A stretch of 63,502 nucleotides of DNA, filler included, from Pelomyxa schiedti (taxonomy: Eukaryota > Protista > Evosea), in the NCBI GenBank assembly GCA_020536535.1. It is 5 parts of 5 records of this genome, joined end to end, with 100 filler letters (N's around TTAATTAATTAA, not from the genome) between each part and the next. Parts side by side here need not be neighbours in the genome. Positions count along the whole stretch, not along the records: positions 29,881 to 60,239 come from JAHLWZ010000405.1; 4 more parts are not named here. One strand, given 5' to 3'. The translations under genes were made by a program, and so were the position numbers. The number at the start of each line of letters is the position of its first letter. The first letter of the stretch is position 1. The notes beneath the pieces are model-generated. The model ran no database searches. It worked only from the letters and a program-made list of their open reading frames with translations, and was not told the origin of the DNA. Shown piece by piece: positions 36,279 through 48,938 of the stretch.

Positions 36279-37387
36279 ATGGTGCGTTGCGCGATGTGGT
36301 TTGATTGTTGTTGTTCGCGTGTCGTATCGTGTCGTGTCGTGGTTCTAGCGACACGTGTTGTGTTGCGTCGTTGTATCGACGTCGTAGTGTTACCACACAG
36401 TCCAATACAACAACCAAACGACGTCGACGAAAAAAAAAAAACACTTCCCGCAACAGTAACCAACAACAACAACAACTGCTACTGATAGGGAGACGAAGAG
36501 GGCCACATCATGGGATACAACGGGGGGAGCGTCCTCGCAATGGCCGGAAAGAACTGCGTGGGAATTGCTTGTGATACAAGGTTCGGTATACGCAACACCA
36601 CCGTTGGCACTTCCTTCCCAAAGGTACTTTTTAAAAAATTCAAGGGATGGGCTATTTGTGCATTCAAACTGTTTTATTTCATTTAACGACATTGATTAAA
36701 TGAAGGTGTTCAAAATGACTGACCGCTGTTTTATTGGAATGTACGGTCTTGTATCAGACATACAGACTGTGTACGCTCAAACCTTCATTACTATGCATTG
36801 TGTCGACTAAGCACTGTTTGACAGTTACAAAGAACTTCGATTTAAGGCTAATTTGTACAAGCTGAAAGAGGAGCGAGAGATGCAACCAAAAGTCTTCTCA
36901 TCTGTAACTGCAAATTTCTTGTACTCGCGAAGGTAAGCAAGCATATCTTCACCCCACTCTCTAACAACTCCCAAGGTTTGGCCCGTATTTTGTGGAGCCC
37001 GTAATCTGTGGTCTTGATGCCGATAATAAACCCTTCCTCTCGGGTCTTGATTTGATCGGGGCACCTGTTTTTGCCCCAGACTTTGTTGCATCTGGCGGAT
37101 CTGTGGACTCCCTCTTTGGAATGTGTGAGTCCTTGTGGCGGCCGGACATGGTACTCTTTTTTCTTCACTTAACATTCAGCATCTCAACAAGAAATAAGGA
37201 ACCGGACGATCTCTTTGAGACCCTTTCTCAATGTCTCATGGCTGCTGTGGACCGGGATGCATTCAGTGGATGGGGTGGCATTGTACACATAATGTGTGTA
37301 TCAACTCCAATGTTTACAATACTAACACAAACCAACAGAACCCCGACATCGATCACTTCCAAGTTCTTAAGAACAAGACAAGACTAA
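36279..37387 (+). CDS. PSMB3: Proteasome subunit beta type-3
   Basis: [47 protein letters not shown]...[45 protein letters not shown]. The start is ATG 36510 or an ATG-only exon at 36279. Confidence 0.95.
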
Positions 37388-37610
37388 ACTTTTATTGATT
37401 TTGAGTGTCATTACTCCTTGGTTTCTTTCTTCCAGTATCCCGTTCCATACCTTTTGTTTTGTGATTTGGTGGGTTAATTACAACACAATACATACATCAT
37501 ATCAGCACGAGGGTATTTTTCCCTCATCACGGGGCCACAATCTTTCCCCAGAGTGCACACAAGCACGGAGTTGATAATCACGCTGTGATCAGGTTCCTAT
37601 GGTAGAATGA

Positions 37611-40600
37611 TCAGGTCTCCCTAATAAAACCTGGATGGTTCCCATTCCACTATCAACATAACATAATGTGGCCGTTTGAAAAACGGAAAAGTATACACAC
37701 CTCAGGACCACCCTCAAGAACAAAGTTATAGAGGGTTCCAACATTGAAAACATCACGCAACACAGCGTCCTTGTGATCACATGCCCTGACCCACTCCCCT
37801 GTGTATTTTTGTGGTGGTTGGTAAAAATGCATAACCTAGCAGTAGGGAATAGTATTAGTTAACAATCAATACCTCCGCAATGACCATCAACGGGTGGTTG
37901 ATGCTGTTGCCACACAGGGTGGCCTGTTGTGAGCCCGATTCCATTGATGAAGACCAACCGCATTGGGTTGGTTCTCTTGGATGACTCTACCAGGGCAACT
38001 GCGCGGCCCCGGTTTTTCTCAGTCATCACACAGTCTCCGGGTTGGATACTGCAAACTGGCCTGTGTGTGATGTGCAGTGTTATTGTGAGGGTTTGATGAG
38101 TGATGTGGGTAGGGAGCTACTTTGTTGTGCCATCATACATAAGAACTTGGCCATTTCCGAGGAAGCAACCAGAGTTTACTGGACCCTGTGAGTGGTGATG
38201 TGTAAGTGGAATCCGAGTCACATGGTAATGTGTGAAGAGGGGATTGTGCATACACTCCAAGTAGAAACGGGAGCGGTGGGAACCAACGGAAATGGATTTT
38301 TCCACACCGGGATGCCTGTGGAGTGTCAGTTAAACCGTATTGACGTGCAGTTGCATGTACACAGCGGTCTCAGGCCGGTGCCCCCGCGTAATACAACAGG
38401 AAGAAATTTCTTCCACACTTCATCCTTGGCACAGATGTGGTATAATTCTTTTGAGACCTGGGGTGTGATTACAACAGAAAGCTTGAAAGGGGGAATTACT
38501 GCTCCCAGCCGGCAAATGTCATCCATGCCCAAATATGTTGTTACGTGAATCCAGAGGTGTGGAGGAAAAAGCTGAAATGCGGACAAAGTGGCGTCGGATG
38601 AAAGTGTGCTTGCTTTGCTGAGTGTTGAAAGAGAATGCCGGTCTGTAACATTGGTCCCTGGAAATAGTGATGGTGTGACTGAAATGTGTCCATCACTCAG
38701 TATTCCACTGTTTGCTGACCGTTGCATTCCACTGGTGATGATGATGTGATTTCTCCAGGCCGTGATCCCAAAAAACTACAATACATTTTAATACCCACAT
38801 AAGGAAAGAGCTCACTCAACCTCTCTTGCAGTGGGAGACATTTGCATTTCCATCTTCTTCCAAGTGAAGGTATTTGTGTCAAAACTTGTTGTTCATCAAC
38901 CAAAATATGTGAAGGAAAACATACTGAAAAAGTTCACATTGTGGGTTCGCGTTTGAGGAACCAACAAACATGAATGTGTCGTTGTTGAGTAAACACCCTG
39001 CATGACCTCTTTGCGGCGTTGGTGGCGTTCCATGACAAGGTATTAGGGTCCATTTCGCTTTCCCTGCCGCTGATGCCGTGGCAAGATCAACTGCCCAAAC
39101 ATCATTGTATTTCTCACCATCGTTTCCAAGGCCACAGAGAACTACCATCACTCCGTTTCTGGGGATTAATGAGTCAAAAGAGATATGTAAAAGAGATTAT
39201 TTTACTTGCAATATGCACTGTGATGGTATCGCTCTCTGGGAGCAGCGCCTTGCGGGGGCAATTCCTTCCAAACCTTTTTGTTTATATCAAACTCTGTGAC
39301 GGGAGGTCAAAGAAAGTATCTGAAGGACATAACAGAAGTGGAAGCTTACCATAAAGCCCATCAATAGCTACATGTGACGTAGATCCACCAAAGAGATACA
39401 GTTTTTTGTTATGGCTGATCACTTCAGTTAGTGTGCTCCTAAAGTGAGGTAACATACAACACCAGAGTGCCACCATAACTTTCCGGTGGGGCTTTCGATT
39501 TTGCCGGTTTAATGATTTCCAAACGAGATTTAGCAGCATCAAAGACCATCAGCTTATTTTCAGTGCCGCGGGCATATGTTCCACCAAAGAAATAAACAAG
39601 TTGACCGCTCATTGCAGTACAGTACGCAGGAAATTGAGGAAATCCTTCGCAAGGTAGTCTTTGCCAGCCGGTCTCCTGTGTTATTGGTGTCCTTGGAGGG
39701 AGTTCTAAATAAAACCCCGCTTCAATTTGGTTGGTGCGATCACGACCACTAAAATGATAGAGACGATCTGCATAAACGGTGCAAACATGGGAATACCTGG
39801 GGGGAAAAAAAAATTAGGAGAAAAAAAGAGATAATTGAGAGAGAACAGGCCAAAGACTGGAGTGTAACCTGGAACCCCAAGGAACGGTTCCCATCTATCT
39901 CCTTGCATCTCAATTTTTCTCTCAAGAGCCTGCACCAATAGATTGCATAATATGTGAGCTCCAGCAGGATTTGTGGCATTGAATTCGAAATAACAAACAG
40001 CACCAATTCGTTTTGCTTCCTGATTTTTATGGTTGGCACAGGAAACAAATTCATTACAGAGTATACCTCGATGCACTGTTGGCGTGGAACAGTTGTTGGT
40101 GTTTCAGGGTTTTCGTTGGTGCCAACCAGAAAGACAGGTGTAAATCGTTTGTTATTCCAAACTTCAGGGAACCACTAGATAAGATAAATAACCAATACAA
40201 AACAAAAGGAAATAGAACTTGACTGGAAATGGAGCACAGTGAAGAAGCTGAGTGGAGTGAAAAGCACAGGACAGTTACATCAGAGATCGCACTGTATCTG
40301 GGCCTATTCCAGTCAGCCCACATATTTGATACATCTTTATGCGGTGAAATGAATCAATTTAAAGTGTCTTAAAAATGGGGAAAAAACCCTCACACCATTC
40401 AAACTCACTGCCACAAGTCCACCTATACAATAGGGTAAATAAGAAGAAGAAAACAACACACACACAAAAACAAGGGGGGAAGTCCCACATAATGAGTAGG
40501 GTGATTACCCTTTGATCTCCAGTCCACATTCCATGTACTTCTACCACCATTTGTGTCCCTTACATTCCCCTCACATGGATTCTGCACTGGTGCATAAGGG

Positions 40601-40789
40601 CCCCCATGCAGTCCCACAAGTCCGAGAACCACCTGGTTCTGCTCACCCACCCCAAAACATGCACATGAGAAACAAGACAGGCGAGAAGGAAAAAAAAATA
40701 CAATTGAGGAACCCAACCCGTCCTGTACAAAGATCACCGAGGACCAGCACTTGTTTGCGGTCGTGGTGCTCGTCACTTCGAAACGACAT
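37611..40789 (-). CDS. Degenerate Rho-like GTPase - Kelch repeats - F-box fusion protein, many exons (3' end approximate)
   Basis: Rho-like: KQVLVLGDLCTGR, RPRYSAISDVTVLCFSLHSASSL, WFPEV...PVFLVGTN, AKRIGAVCYFEFNA. Kelch-like: VYFFGG, LYLFGG, YNDVWAVDL...W....G.PP.P..GH. F-box-like: LFPPHLWIHVTTYLGMDDICRLGA..SKELYHICAKDEVW. Confidence 0.7.
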
Positions 40790-41169
40790 TGTTGTTGATC
40801 CCTTGCGGTTTTTCAATCCGTTGTTGGAAAAAACGAAAGAAGAACCACAATGTTATGGGAGTGAGTGTGTACTCATGGGAGAGCGAGGAGCAATAGGCCG
40901 GCCTATTGGGCGAGGCCTACATCTAATATCTGGTGATGAGTGGACCAGACTGGCGGAATGATGTAACGATGGGGGAAATGCAAATAAGAACGCCGCTTCT
41001 GAGAACTGCCCAAATTAAGGAATGCGAATTATGAAAGCTTTGGTAAAGGGAAAAGAAACATCAAAAAAATTAAAAAAGAAGCGAAGCGTGGTGCGCGTTG
41101 TAGCTTTGCGTACGTAGATCCGGAAAAGCGACAAATTGCGACACTTGAGAGTGGTTGGTTGTCAAGGAG

Positions 41170-43151
41170 ATGAACTTGTTGCAGAGTGTGATAAGCACGT
41201 TCTCGTCGTGGACGCCAGGGGCCAAACACGCACCTGCTACTACAACAGCCACAACAACTACTACTACGTCTGCTACAACGCCTCCACCAGCGGCCTCAAG
41301 TCCTGCAAATGAGATAAACGAAAGCGAGCTCAAAGTGGAAGAAATTGCCACAACAAACAATGCCAACAACGCCGCAGAAAATGCAACGCAAGTAGTAGCA
41401 ACTCCTGCTTGCGTGGTGGACGATGCCACTCGAAGAACGTGGCTGAAACTATTGTACGGAAAAATAGGAATGGATTTGAGTGTGGGCATATCTCTACCTG
41501 TTCATTATTGCGAGCCAACTACCACTCTTTCACACATGGCAGAACCGTACGAATATGCCGAGTTGTTGAACCAGGTTGAGATATTCTTTCGTCTTGTTTT
41601 GTTGTAACTGTGATTAAGGCCGCCCACAAAGCGACACCAATTGAGCGGCTTGCTATAGTAGCTGTATGGGTCATAAGCGGTTTTTCCAACACGGAGCGAT
41701 ATGGTATTACCTTCAATATTTTCCTTTGCACTCATTGCTTTCTAAGCAAAACCGTTCAACCCCCTTCTTGGGGAAACTTACGAGTACATCGACCAGAAGA
41801 GAAACTTCAGACTTGTCTCCGAACAGGTTCTGATTTCACCCACACGCATTTAGTCTAAAACTTTAAATCCAGACAAGTCATCACCCTCCAGTAAGTGCGT
41901 CATACACCGAAGGTGCGGAAGGATGGGTGGCATGGCAACAGATCCACCCAACCACCAAGTTCCTCGGAAACAGCATAGATGTAAACGTAAATGGAAGATC
42001 GCATGTTGTTATTACTGCAACCGGGGACCATTTCACATACACTGGCCCTTTGTATGGCCCAATTCTCTTCATTTCCATACTGATCCCTATCAGCTCCCGC
42101 CTTCATAATTTGATACTTGGAAGGATGTGGCTTGACCATTGGGGTGACTTTGACGTGGTAAATCTGCGTACTGGTAGGCAACAACCAGAAATGCTCGTGT
42201 GCTCACTCTAATAAGGGGATAAGTGCACAATCAAATTCTCAAGGTGTGGGTGGATGGGAAAGAACCGATATGAGGTTCACGCATTGTGCTACTCTGGCAA
42301 AGGATTGTGCTGGTAACGACATTTCATATTCTCCCAACTTTTAATCTTTTTTCCTCAAGTGCTCGTGTGACTGGCAAGTGGAATGAGAAGGCGACAGCCC
42401 AGTGGGTTAGTGAAGCCATAAGAGCTCAGTATATGGAGTCTCTGAATGTATGGAAACCCTATTTTACCAAAAAGTTTACTCATGCACTCTAGTTACCGCA
42501 AGTACATCCGGCAATGTCTGCTCCCACCGCTGATGGTGCTCTCTCAGCTTCTTTAACAATATGTGCGTGGGCAGTGGAGCCTAATCGTTTCTCCGGAAGG
42601 TATAAAATGAGCGAATTCGCCAAATCTCTTATAAGTATGTGTGATCAGAATTGCAATTAACTTACCAAAACAAAGCTATTGAGAACGAAGAGGCCATTTG
42701 TAGCACTGACTCCAGGCTAAGACCTGATAGAAGGGCACTGGACTTGGACGACTACGAAAATGCTTCTGTATTCAAGGTTGAAACCTTCAACACAACACAT
42801 CCTCTGACTCATTCCCCAGTCCACACTCGAGGAAAGGCAAAGAGCAGACAGACAAACTCACGCGCACATAAAGGACTGGAAGTGGACGCCCAAGTGGTTT
42901 AGGTTGGTTCCTGCCTCCGGCGATCCAACGGCACCCCTTGGCAACGACTACGCAATTGAATACATGGGACAGTACTGGGCTGCCAAAGCCGAAGCAAACG
43001 GACAACACAAGGTACGAAACCAACCCATAAAGAAACCGCACTCACTTTCGGCAAGGTTTTCTGTTTGCCAGATATGAACGAGCTTGCATGCAACTTTAGG
43101 ATATATGGTTACCACCCACAACCACCAGAAACAGACACAGAAAATTCCTGA
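41170..43151 (+). CDS. Oxysterol-binding protein-related protein (short ORD-only ORP)
   Basis: GMDL...[67 protein letters not shown]. Confidence 0.93.
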
Positions 43152-43433
43152 GCAAGAGAATCACAGTCACCATGCCCAAACAACAACCTCCACTACAATC
43201 GCAATCACAAACCATATCACAAAACACAGCCACAAACTAAACAGCAATCAACACTATACAATAGCTGTAAAAAAAGGAAGGTTAATGAATCCCTCACTCC
43301 CTGAAGGATTGATGCTGATACACTTTCGTTTAATTTTTTTGTTGCAACAAAAATTTTTTTTGGCGTAACTCCCCGCCGTTGAAGTGATAAACGAAAAAAA
43401 TAACCAAACAATAAACTAATCGGCGTCGGGAAC

Positions 43434-45804
43434 ATGTCCAAGATTATTGTAGACAGTCAACTTTGTTCCGGAGCCCTCCACAGGCAAGATCTACCCTGTA
43501 ACTTTTTTTATTGTTTGGAAACCGAGCAATCGCACTGACGAGTTGCGTGTTTTAGCTACTCGCAAGAAGAAAAAGCTGGTATCGTTGAGCACTTGAATGC
43601 CGCACTTAAAGACGACGAGGAATTCAAGTCCGTTTGTTTCCTTTTTGGCTCTGTACTTACTGTTCGGTAGGCGTGTAAAACTCCAATTTGGAAAGATGCC
43701 AATCAACCCTGCTAACGAAGAAATTTTTGAGGCACTCCGAGATGGAGTCATTTTGTGGTTTGTCTCTTTTTATTTTTTTCCCAGTTCCCTTACAGCTGTA
43801 GCAAATTCATCAACACACTCACACCTCCTGGAAAGCCACCATTGTGTGCAGGCTACATATGCAGACCAAATATGACTGTTTTCCAAATGCACGAAAATAA
43901 CCAGAAGGTCATCGACGCTGCAAAAACGTTGGGCGTTACTCTCACAAATATTGGCGCGATTGATTTGGATGCGGGAACTGTACAGCTTCAATTCATTCCA
44001 TCCTAGTATTAAGTTTCTCCTTTTAGTCGCCTCACATTGTACTTGGTTTGCTCTGGCAACTTGTTGCGGTATTCATTACTCTTAAAGTTGCTCCCTCTCT
44101 TAAAGGCAACAGCTAGATCTACGGCGAAGAGTGAGAGAAACAGTCAGGAAACAAACTGTAGCGGAAGCAAAACCTGGCTCAGATGTACCAAATGATGCCA
44201 GCGTATTAAACGCTTCAATCGAAGAAGTACTGCTGAAATGGTACGTTTTGTTACTATGTACGAAATTAATTCATGTAGGGTTAATGCTCATCTGGAGAGG
44301 TCTCCGTACTCTGTCCCCCCACTTACAAACTTTGATTCAGACCTTAAGGTATTTTTCCCTGGGTGAAAGTGAAAGTACCAATGTTCAACAGGACAGCTCG
44401 AAGTACCTTGTTCTCTTACACCAGCTTGAGCCACAAAAGTGTGCTCTTGATGCGCTCAATGAGGGTGATGCTCTTGCACGTGCAGGTCTTATGCTTGGTG
44501 AAGCTGATAAGATTGGGTGCAAGAGGTTTTTGAATCCTGAAGATGTGTGCAAGGTGAGACACTCTTTTTTTTTTGTATTTGCTCACCGTTCACTACCAGG
44601 GAAATTCCAGAATGAATTGTTAGTTTTTTCACCAACTTATATACAAACTAATTTCATTTTCCTAGTTGCTTTTCTAGCCAATTTATTCTCCAAGTACCCG
44701 TTCCAACCACAGCCAGAAGGTACACTCTCCCTGATCTTTCACTTTCAATGTTCTTTGACCACCGCTTCAGCACCTCCGGCGTATTCGACTTTGACACCGG
44801 CTGTTCGCCAAGTTGCTTCCTCTGAAAATGCTGGCCATGACGAACAAGAACGCCTTCACAGACAACAAGAAGTGGAACAACAAAGACTAATGCAAGAACA
44901 GGCAGAACAACAAAAGTTGATGATGGAACAACAGCGACTCATGCAAGAGCAAGCGGAACAGCAACGACTCATGCAACAACAAGCTGAACAACAGCGCTTA
45001 ATGCAGCAACAACAAGCAGAACAACAACGACAAATGCAATTACAAGCTGATCAACAAAGACAAATGCAACAGCAAGCCGAGCAGCAAAGACAAATGCAAC
45101 AACAAGCTGAACAGCAAAGATTGATGCAGCAGCAGCAACAGCAACAAGCCGAACAGCAGCGCCAAATGCAACAGCAAGCCGAGCAGCAGAGACTCATGCA
45201 GCAACAGCAACAGCAGCAAGCTGAGCAGCAAAGGCAAATGCAACTCGCCGAGCAGCAGAGACTCATGAATGAACAAGCAATGCGGGACCAACAATCCATG
45301 ATGCAGCGTTCCGTCGCCATGAATTCCGGTATTCCGCACACCTCTTTCTTCATTCTAACCCAAACAACAGGCATCACCATCAACAACAACGCGGCTCTAC
45401 AAGGCAGCAGCATTCCGCTCAACAACATGAACCCGGGCATGAGCATGGGCGTGCCCATGGGCCCCAACATGACCCCGGGGATGGGCATGCCCATGGCCAT
45501 GCCCGGCATGGGATACGGCGGCAACCCGATGATGATGGGAGGCATGCCCGCGGCGCCGCCACCGCCGATGATGATGGGAGGCATGCCGGCCGCTCCGCCG
45601 CCAATGATGATGGGAGGCGGGATGATGATGGGTGGGTACCCGGCAGCCCCACCGCCCATGATGGGAGGAGGCATGATGATGGGTGGGTACCCGGGCGGGG
45701 ATGGAGGGGGGGCGCTGTATGGCGGGTTCGCGGCAATGGCAACAGGCATGATGTATATGAGCAAGAAGGGCAAAATGAAGACACACCCACCAAAGAAATA
45801 CTAG
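43434..45804 (+). CDS. Fimbrin/plastin-type single actin-binding domain (CH1+CH2) with Q-rich and Met/Gly/Pro-rich tail
   Basis: HLNAAL.DD, MPINP...IFEALRDGVIL, ENNQKVIDAAKTLGV.LTNIGAIDL, HIVLGLLWQLV, EEVLLKW, LVLLHQLEP, ARAGLML.EADKIGCKRFLNPEDV, AFLANLF. No second ABD follows. Confidence 0.85.
44842..45310 (+). repeat. Coding tandem repeat (EQQR[LQ]MQQQA)n
   Basis: About a dozen imperfect units in ORF 44131-45804. Confidence 0.9.
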
Positions 45805-45927
45805 TTAAAAACAAAACAACCGTTTTTTTATTTCCTGTTTGTGTTGTTGCATCTAGACAAGGTTGGGAATTTTCTTTATTTGTTACTGCTTCTCTTAGAA
45901 ACCTAAAACCTCGTGCCGGGTGGGGAT

Positions 45928-46378
45928 GTGGAATGGTGACTCAGGTTGTGCAATGCCAGTGGGTGCTGAATCACGTTGTGTGGTGAGAGTGGATGCTAAT
46001 CACGTTTTTGTTTGTGTGATGCTTGTGGGTGCTGAATCACGTTGTGTTATGATGGTGGATGCTGAATCACGTTTTTGCTGTGTGATGCAATTGGGTGCTG
46101 AATCACGTTTTGTGTATTATGGTGAGGGGAATGGGATGGGCTTGGTGGCGTGAATTGGGTGCTGAATCGCGTTGTGTTACGACAGTGGGTGCTGAACCAC
46201 GTTTTTTGTTGTGTGAGGCTAGTGGGTGCTTAATCACGTTGTGTTGTGAGAGTGGATGCTGAACCACGTTTTTGTTTGTGTGATGCTTGTGGGTGCTGAA
46301 TCACGTTGTGTCATGAGAGTGAATGCTAATCAAGTTTTGTTTTTGTGATGCTTGGTGGGTGCTGAATCACGTTTTGTG
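45928..46378. repeat. Intergenic minisatellite: about 12-13 units with core GTGGRTGCTGAATCACGTT, alternating short and long units
   Basis: The core recurs from 45959 to about 46372, with a degenerate first unit near 45928. Unit tails mostly alternate between about 30-nt and 37-nt units. Confidence 0.92.
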
Positions 46379-46739
46379 GGTGTCAGTGTGAAAATGATGA
46401 TGGTGGTTATGCTGTTGAGGGCAGGAATTTGTTGATAAGGAGTTGCTGATAACGTTTGTTGCTACTGCTACTTCCTCCCACCACCACTTTGTTTTTATTT
46501 TATTGTTGTTTTGTTGCCGAGATCTATTTATGTGCGCCTTTCCTTCCCAGGAATATTTTCTAATTTTTTTCCGCCTAATTTTTTCCCAGGTGCTTTCTGA
46601 CCCGACACCCTCCCACAAATAAGAGAGTGCCACCGTTCCAAATGCACAACTAAAAGGTTTTTCCATTGTTATCCAGTGTTCGAATTTCATACGAGTTGTG
46701 TGAAAAGGCTGTGTGTTTGGTTTGGAATGGGGTCTGTTG

Positions 46740-47731
46740 TTAGTTGCAGCCTGAGGGTGGGATTCCAGTGTAGGCATCACATATGGCTTTGAGGAGAGAA
46801 CCCCCGGTGAATGCCTGGCCATTGAGAAGAGCATATGGAACGCCGGAATGTGGTCCCATATCCAGTGACATTTTGGCGTTGTATTGTGTATAGGACACAC
46901 CGGAGTTGGAGAATACACAGTCAGAGAGTGCGGAGTAGTCCAGTGAGGCGGATTCCGCACATGATTGAGCATAGTTGAGGTCGCCTTCATGAAGACCCTC
47001 GAAGCAGTACACAAATGGCCACCTTTTGTTTAAAATTAGGGAATATACGATTGGTTTTTGTAGTAACCATATGGTGCTATTCTGGTAAATGTTCATGGCG
47101 CAAGCTTCGATGCGGTTACCTTCACCTTCATCCTTGCCGTGTTGGTTCACCTGGGTATTGATTACCTTGTTTGCTTAATTCTGGCCGGGAAAACAAACTT
47201 CACCAATTCCTTGGGTGGAAATGCATGTGAAACAGTCGGAGGGAGGGCTGGCAACATCGCACTGCAAGCGGAAGGAAAGGATTAGAATTGCCCATTATTT
47301 ATTAGAAAAAGGAAACGGTATGGGGTAATAGCAACCTCACTTATCCAGCACTTATAAACACTTGAAACATAGGATCCAGAGCCAGGGCAAGAACTGGTCT
47401 CACAATAGGCTGCAATTCAATTAGTATTTTCATAAATAATGGGCAATTCAAAAAAGTGGCACCATTTCCCCAAGGCACAAAAGTGAGGTCCAGGATATCC
47501 CACACCCCCTCAGCCTCGAACACTGGCTCCATTTGGAATCGCACAAACATCTGACAATCCGGACATTGCCTATTGTATATGTATTTCAAAAAATAAAAAG
47601 ACAAAAAAAAAAACATACGCTTCAACTTCTAGATACAATGAAACCTTGTCCTGTCCGCTAACTAGTCCCATAATTGTAACACCAACCAGCAGCGACACCA
47701 CCCAACCAACCCTTCCATCATGATCAGCCAT
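46740..47731 (-). CDS. IFI30: GILT-like lysosomal thiol reductase, copy 1
   Basis: Signal peptide, VSLYLEVEA/..CPDC active-site motif, LTFVPWGN, QHG..E...N.IEAC, FVYCFE, CAESASLDYSALSDC, HSGVPYALLNG, AIC.AY.G..P.GC*. Confidence 0.88.
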
Positions 47732-48938
47732 CTTCGGGTAAAAAAACAGTAAAACAAATACTTCTTCTGAAGCACGAACAGTAAAAACAAGGTTGGGTAA
47801 CTAGGGGATGGCAGCACCAAGCCAGAGTCTGACAAAAAGGGGCACACTGTATGGCGACTGAGTGGACCAGAACTCCACAACGTCAGCAGTGGTTATTTCG
47901 GGGAACATTCTCATTGTGTATTGTGCTGTCACTGGTGACTGGCACGCAAGACACATCAGCTTCTGCTTGATGGTTGGCGCGGTTATCTGAGGGAACACTC
48001 TCAGCATCATTTGCCAGGTGGCCAGATCAGCCTCTGAAAACGCGGTTATGTTGAGGCTGAGAACCTGTTGTGGAGATCATAAGGAAGTGAAGGAAGGGAA
48101 CCGGCTTACCTCCTCGAAAGTGATGCGGAACATGTTGATGAGCCACTCAGCACAGCTGGAATGATGGTGGGACAGTAAATTCAGGAGCAGTGCGTTGTTG
48201 TTGAGTGTGATGTGATCGCGGTCGAGTTGGAAGTTTGTGATCAACCACTTGACAACTTTGCTCGAGGAAACGTGAATACATTGGTCCTTGTCAGTACTGG
48301 TGAGACACTTTGCCACAGCCTCCTTGTTGAGTTCACCCATGGAAATCACTTTCTGCACTTGTGTGAGAGTGTCCCTTTGGATGGTGGTGAGCATTACACC
48401 AGTGAGGAGCTCATTTCGTAGTGGTTCACTGATTGGGAGCTTCTCAATGATGAAGAGGGGAAGGGTTGAAAGGCGTGTTTTTAACACGAGGTACCTGACA
48501 GCTTGAACAACTAAGCTTTCTTCCACATGTGCCATTGATGGGTGATTCAGAAGCCACTTCACACCATCTCCTCTTTCATCAAGATGGGTCTTGCACACCC
48601 GCACAAGGATGGAACCTGCCGCTTTACTCTCAATTCCCTTTGAAGTGGATGTTGCACGCTCCATGATGTGGAAGTGGGCATCCAGCCACGATGCAACTGC
48701 CGTGTTGTTCCGTGTCAATGCCGTGATGAGAGAATTGAATAGAACCTCATCAGAAGGTGGCGGTTTCACTTTCAATGACAACCATTGCACAAGCTGCACG
48801 TTGTCTGCGCTGTTTCCGCAAGCAGCACAGAACATGGATGAATTCAGAGGAATATTTTTTACCTCGGCCACCCACTTGACCACAGCGAGATCTTCTGAAC
48901 CTTGGCAAATATCTTCAAGCATTTCCTCTGAGAGTGTG
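46913..48938. repeat. Duplicated block (GILT + ankyrin-like 3' half), copy at 57868-60239
   Basis: Near-identical including introns; differs mainly by about 320 bp of extra sequence in the second copy upstream of GILT. Confidence 0.92.

Noticed and set aside
45040-45814. Cys-rich and His-rich minus-strand ORFs
   Set aside because: Antisense shadows of the CAG/CAA and ATG-GGC repeats of the fimbrin-like gene.
45928-46378. CRISPR array
   Set aside because: The spacers are short and similar to each other in an alternating pattern, there are no cas genes, and the context is eukaryotic.
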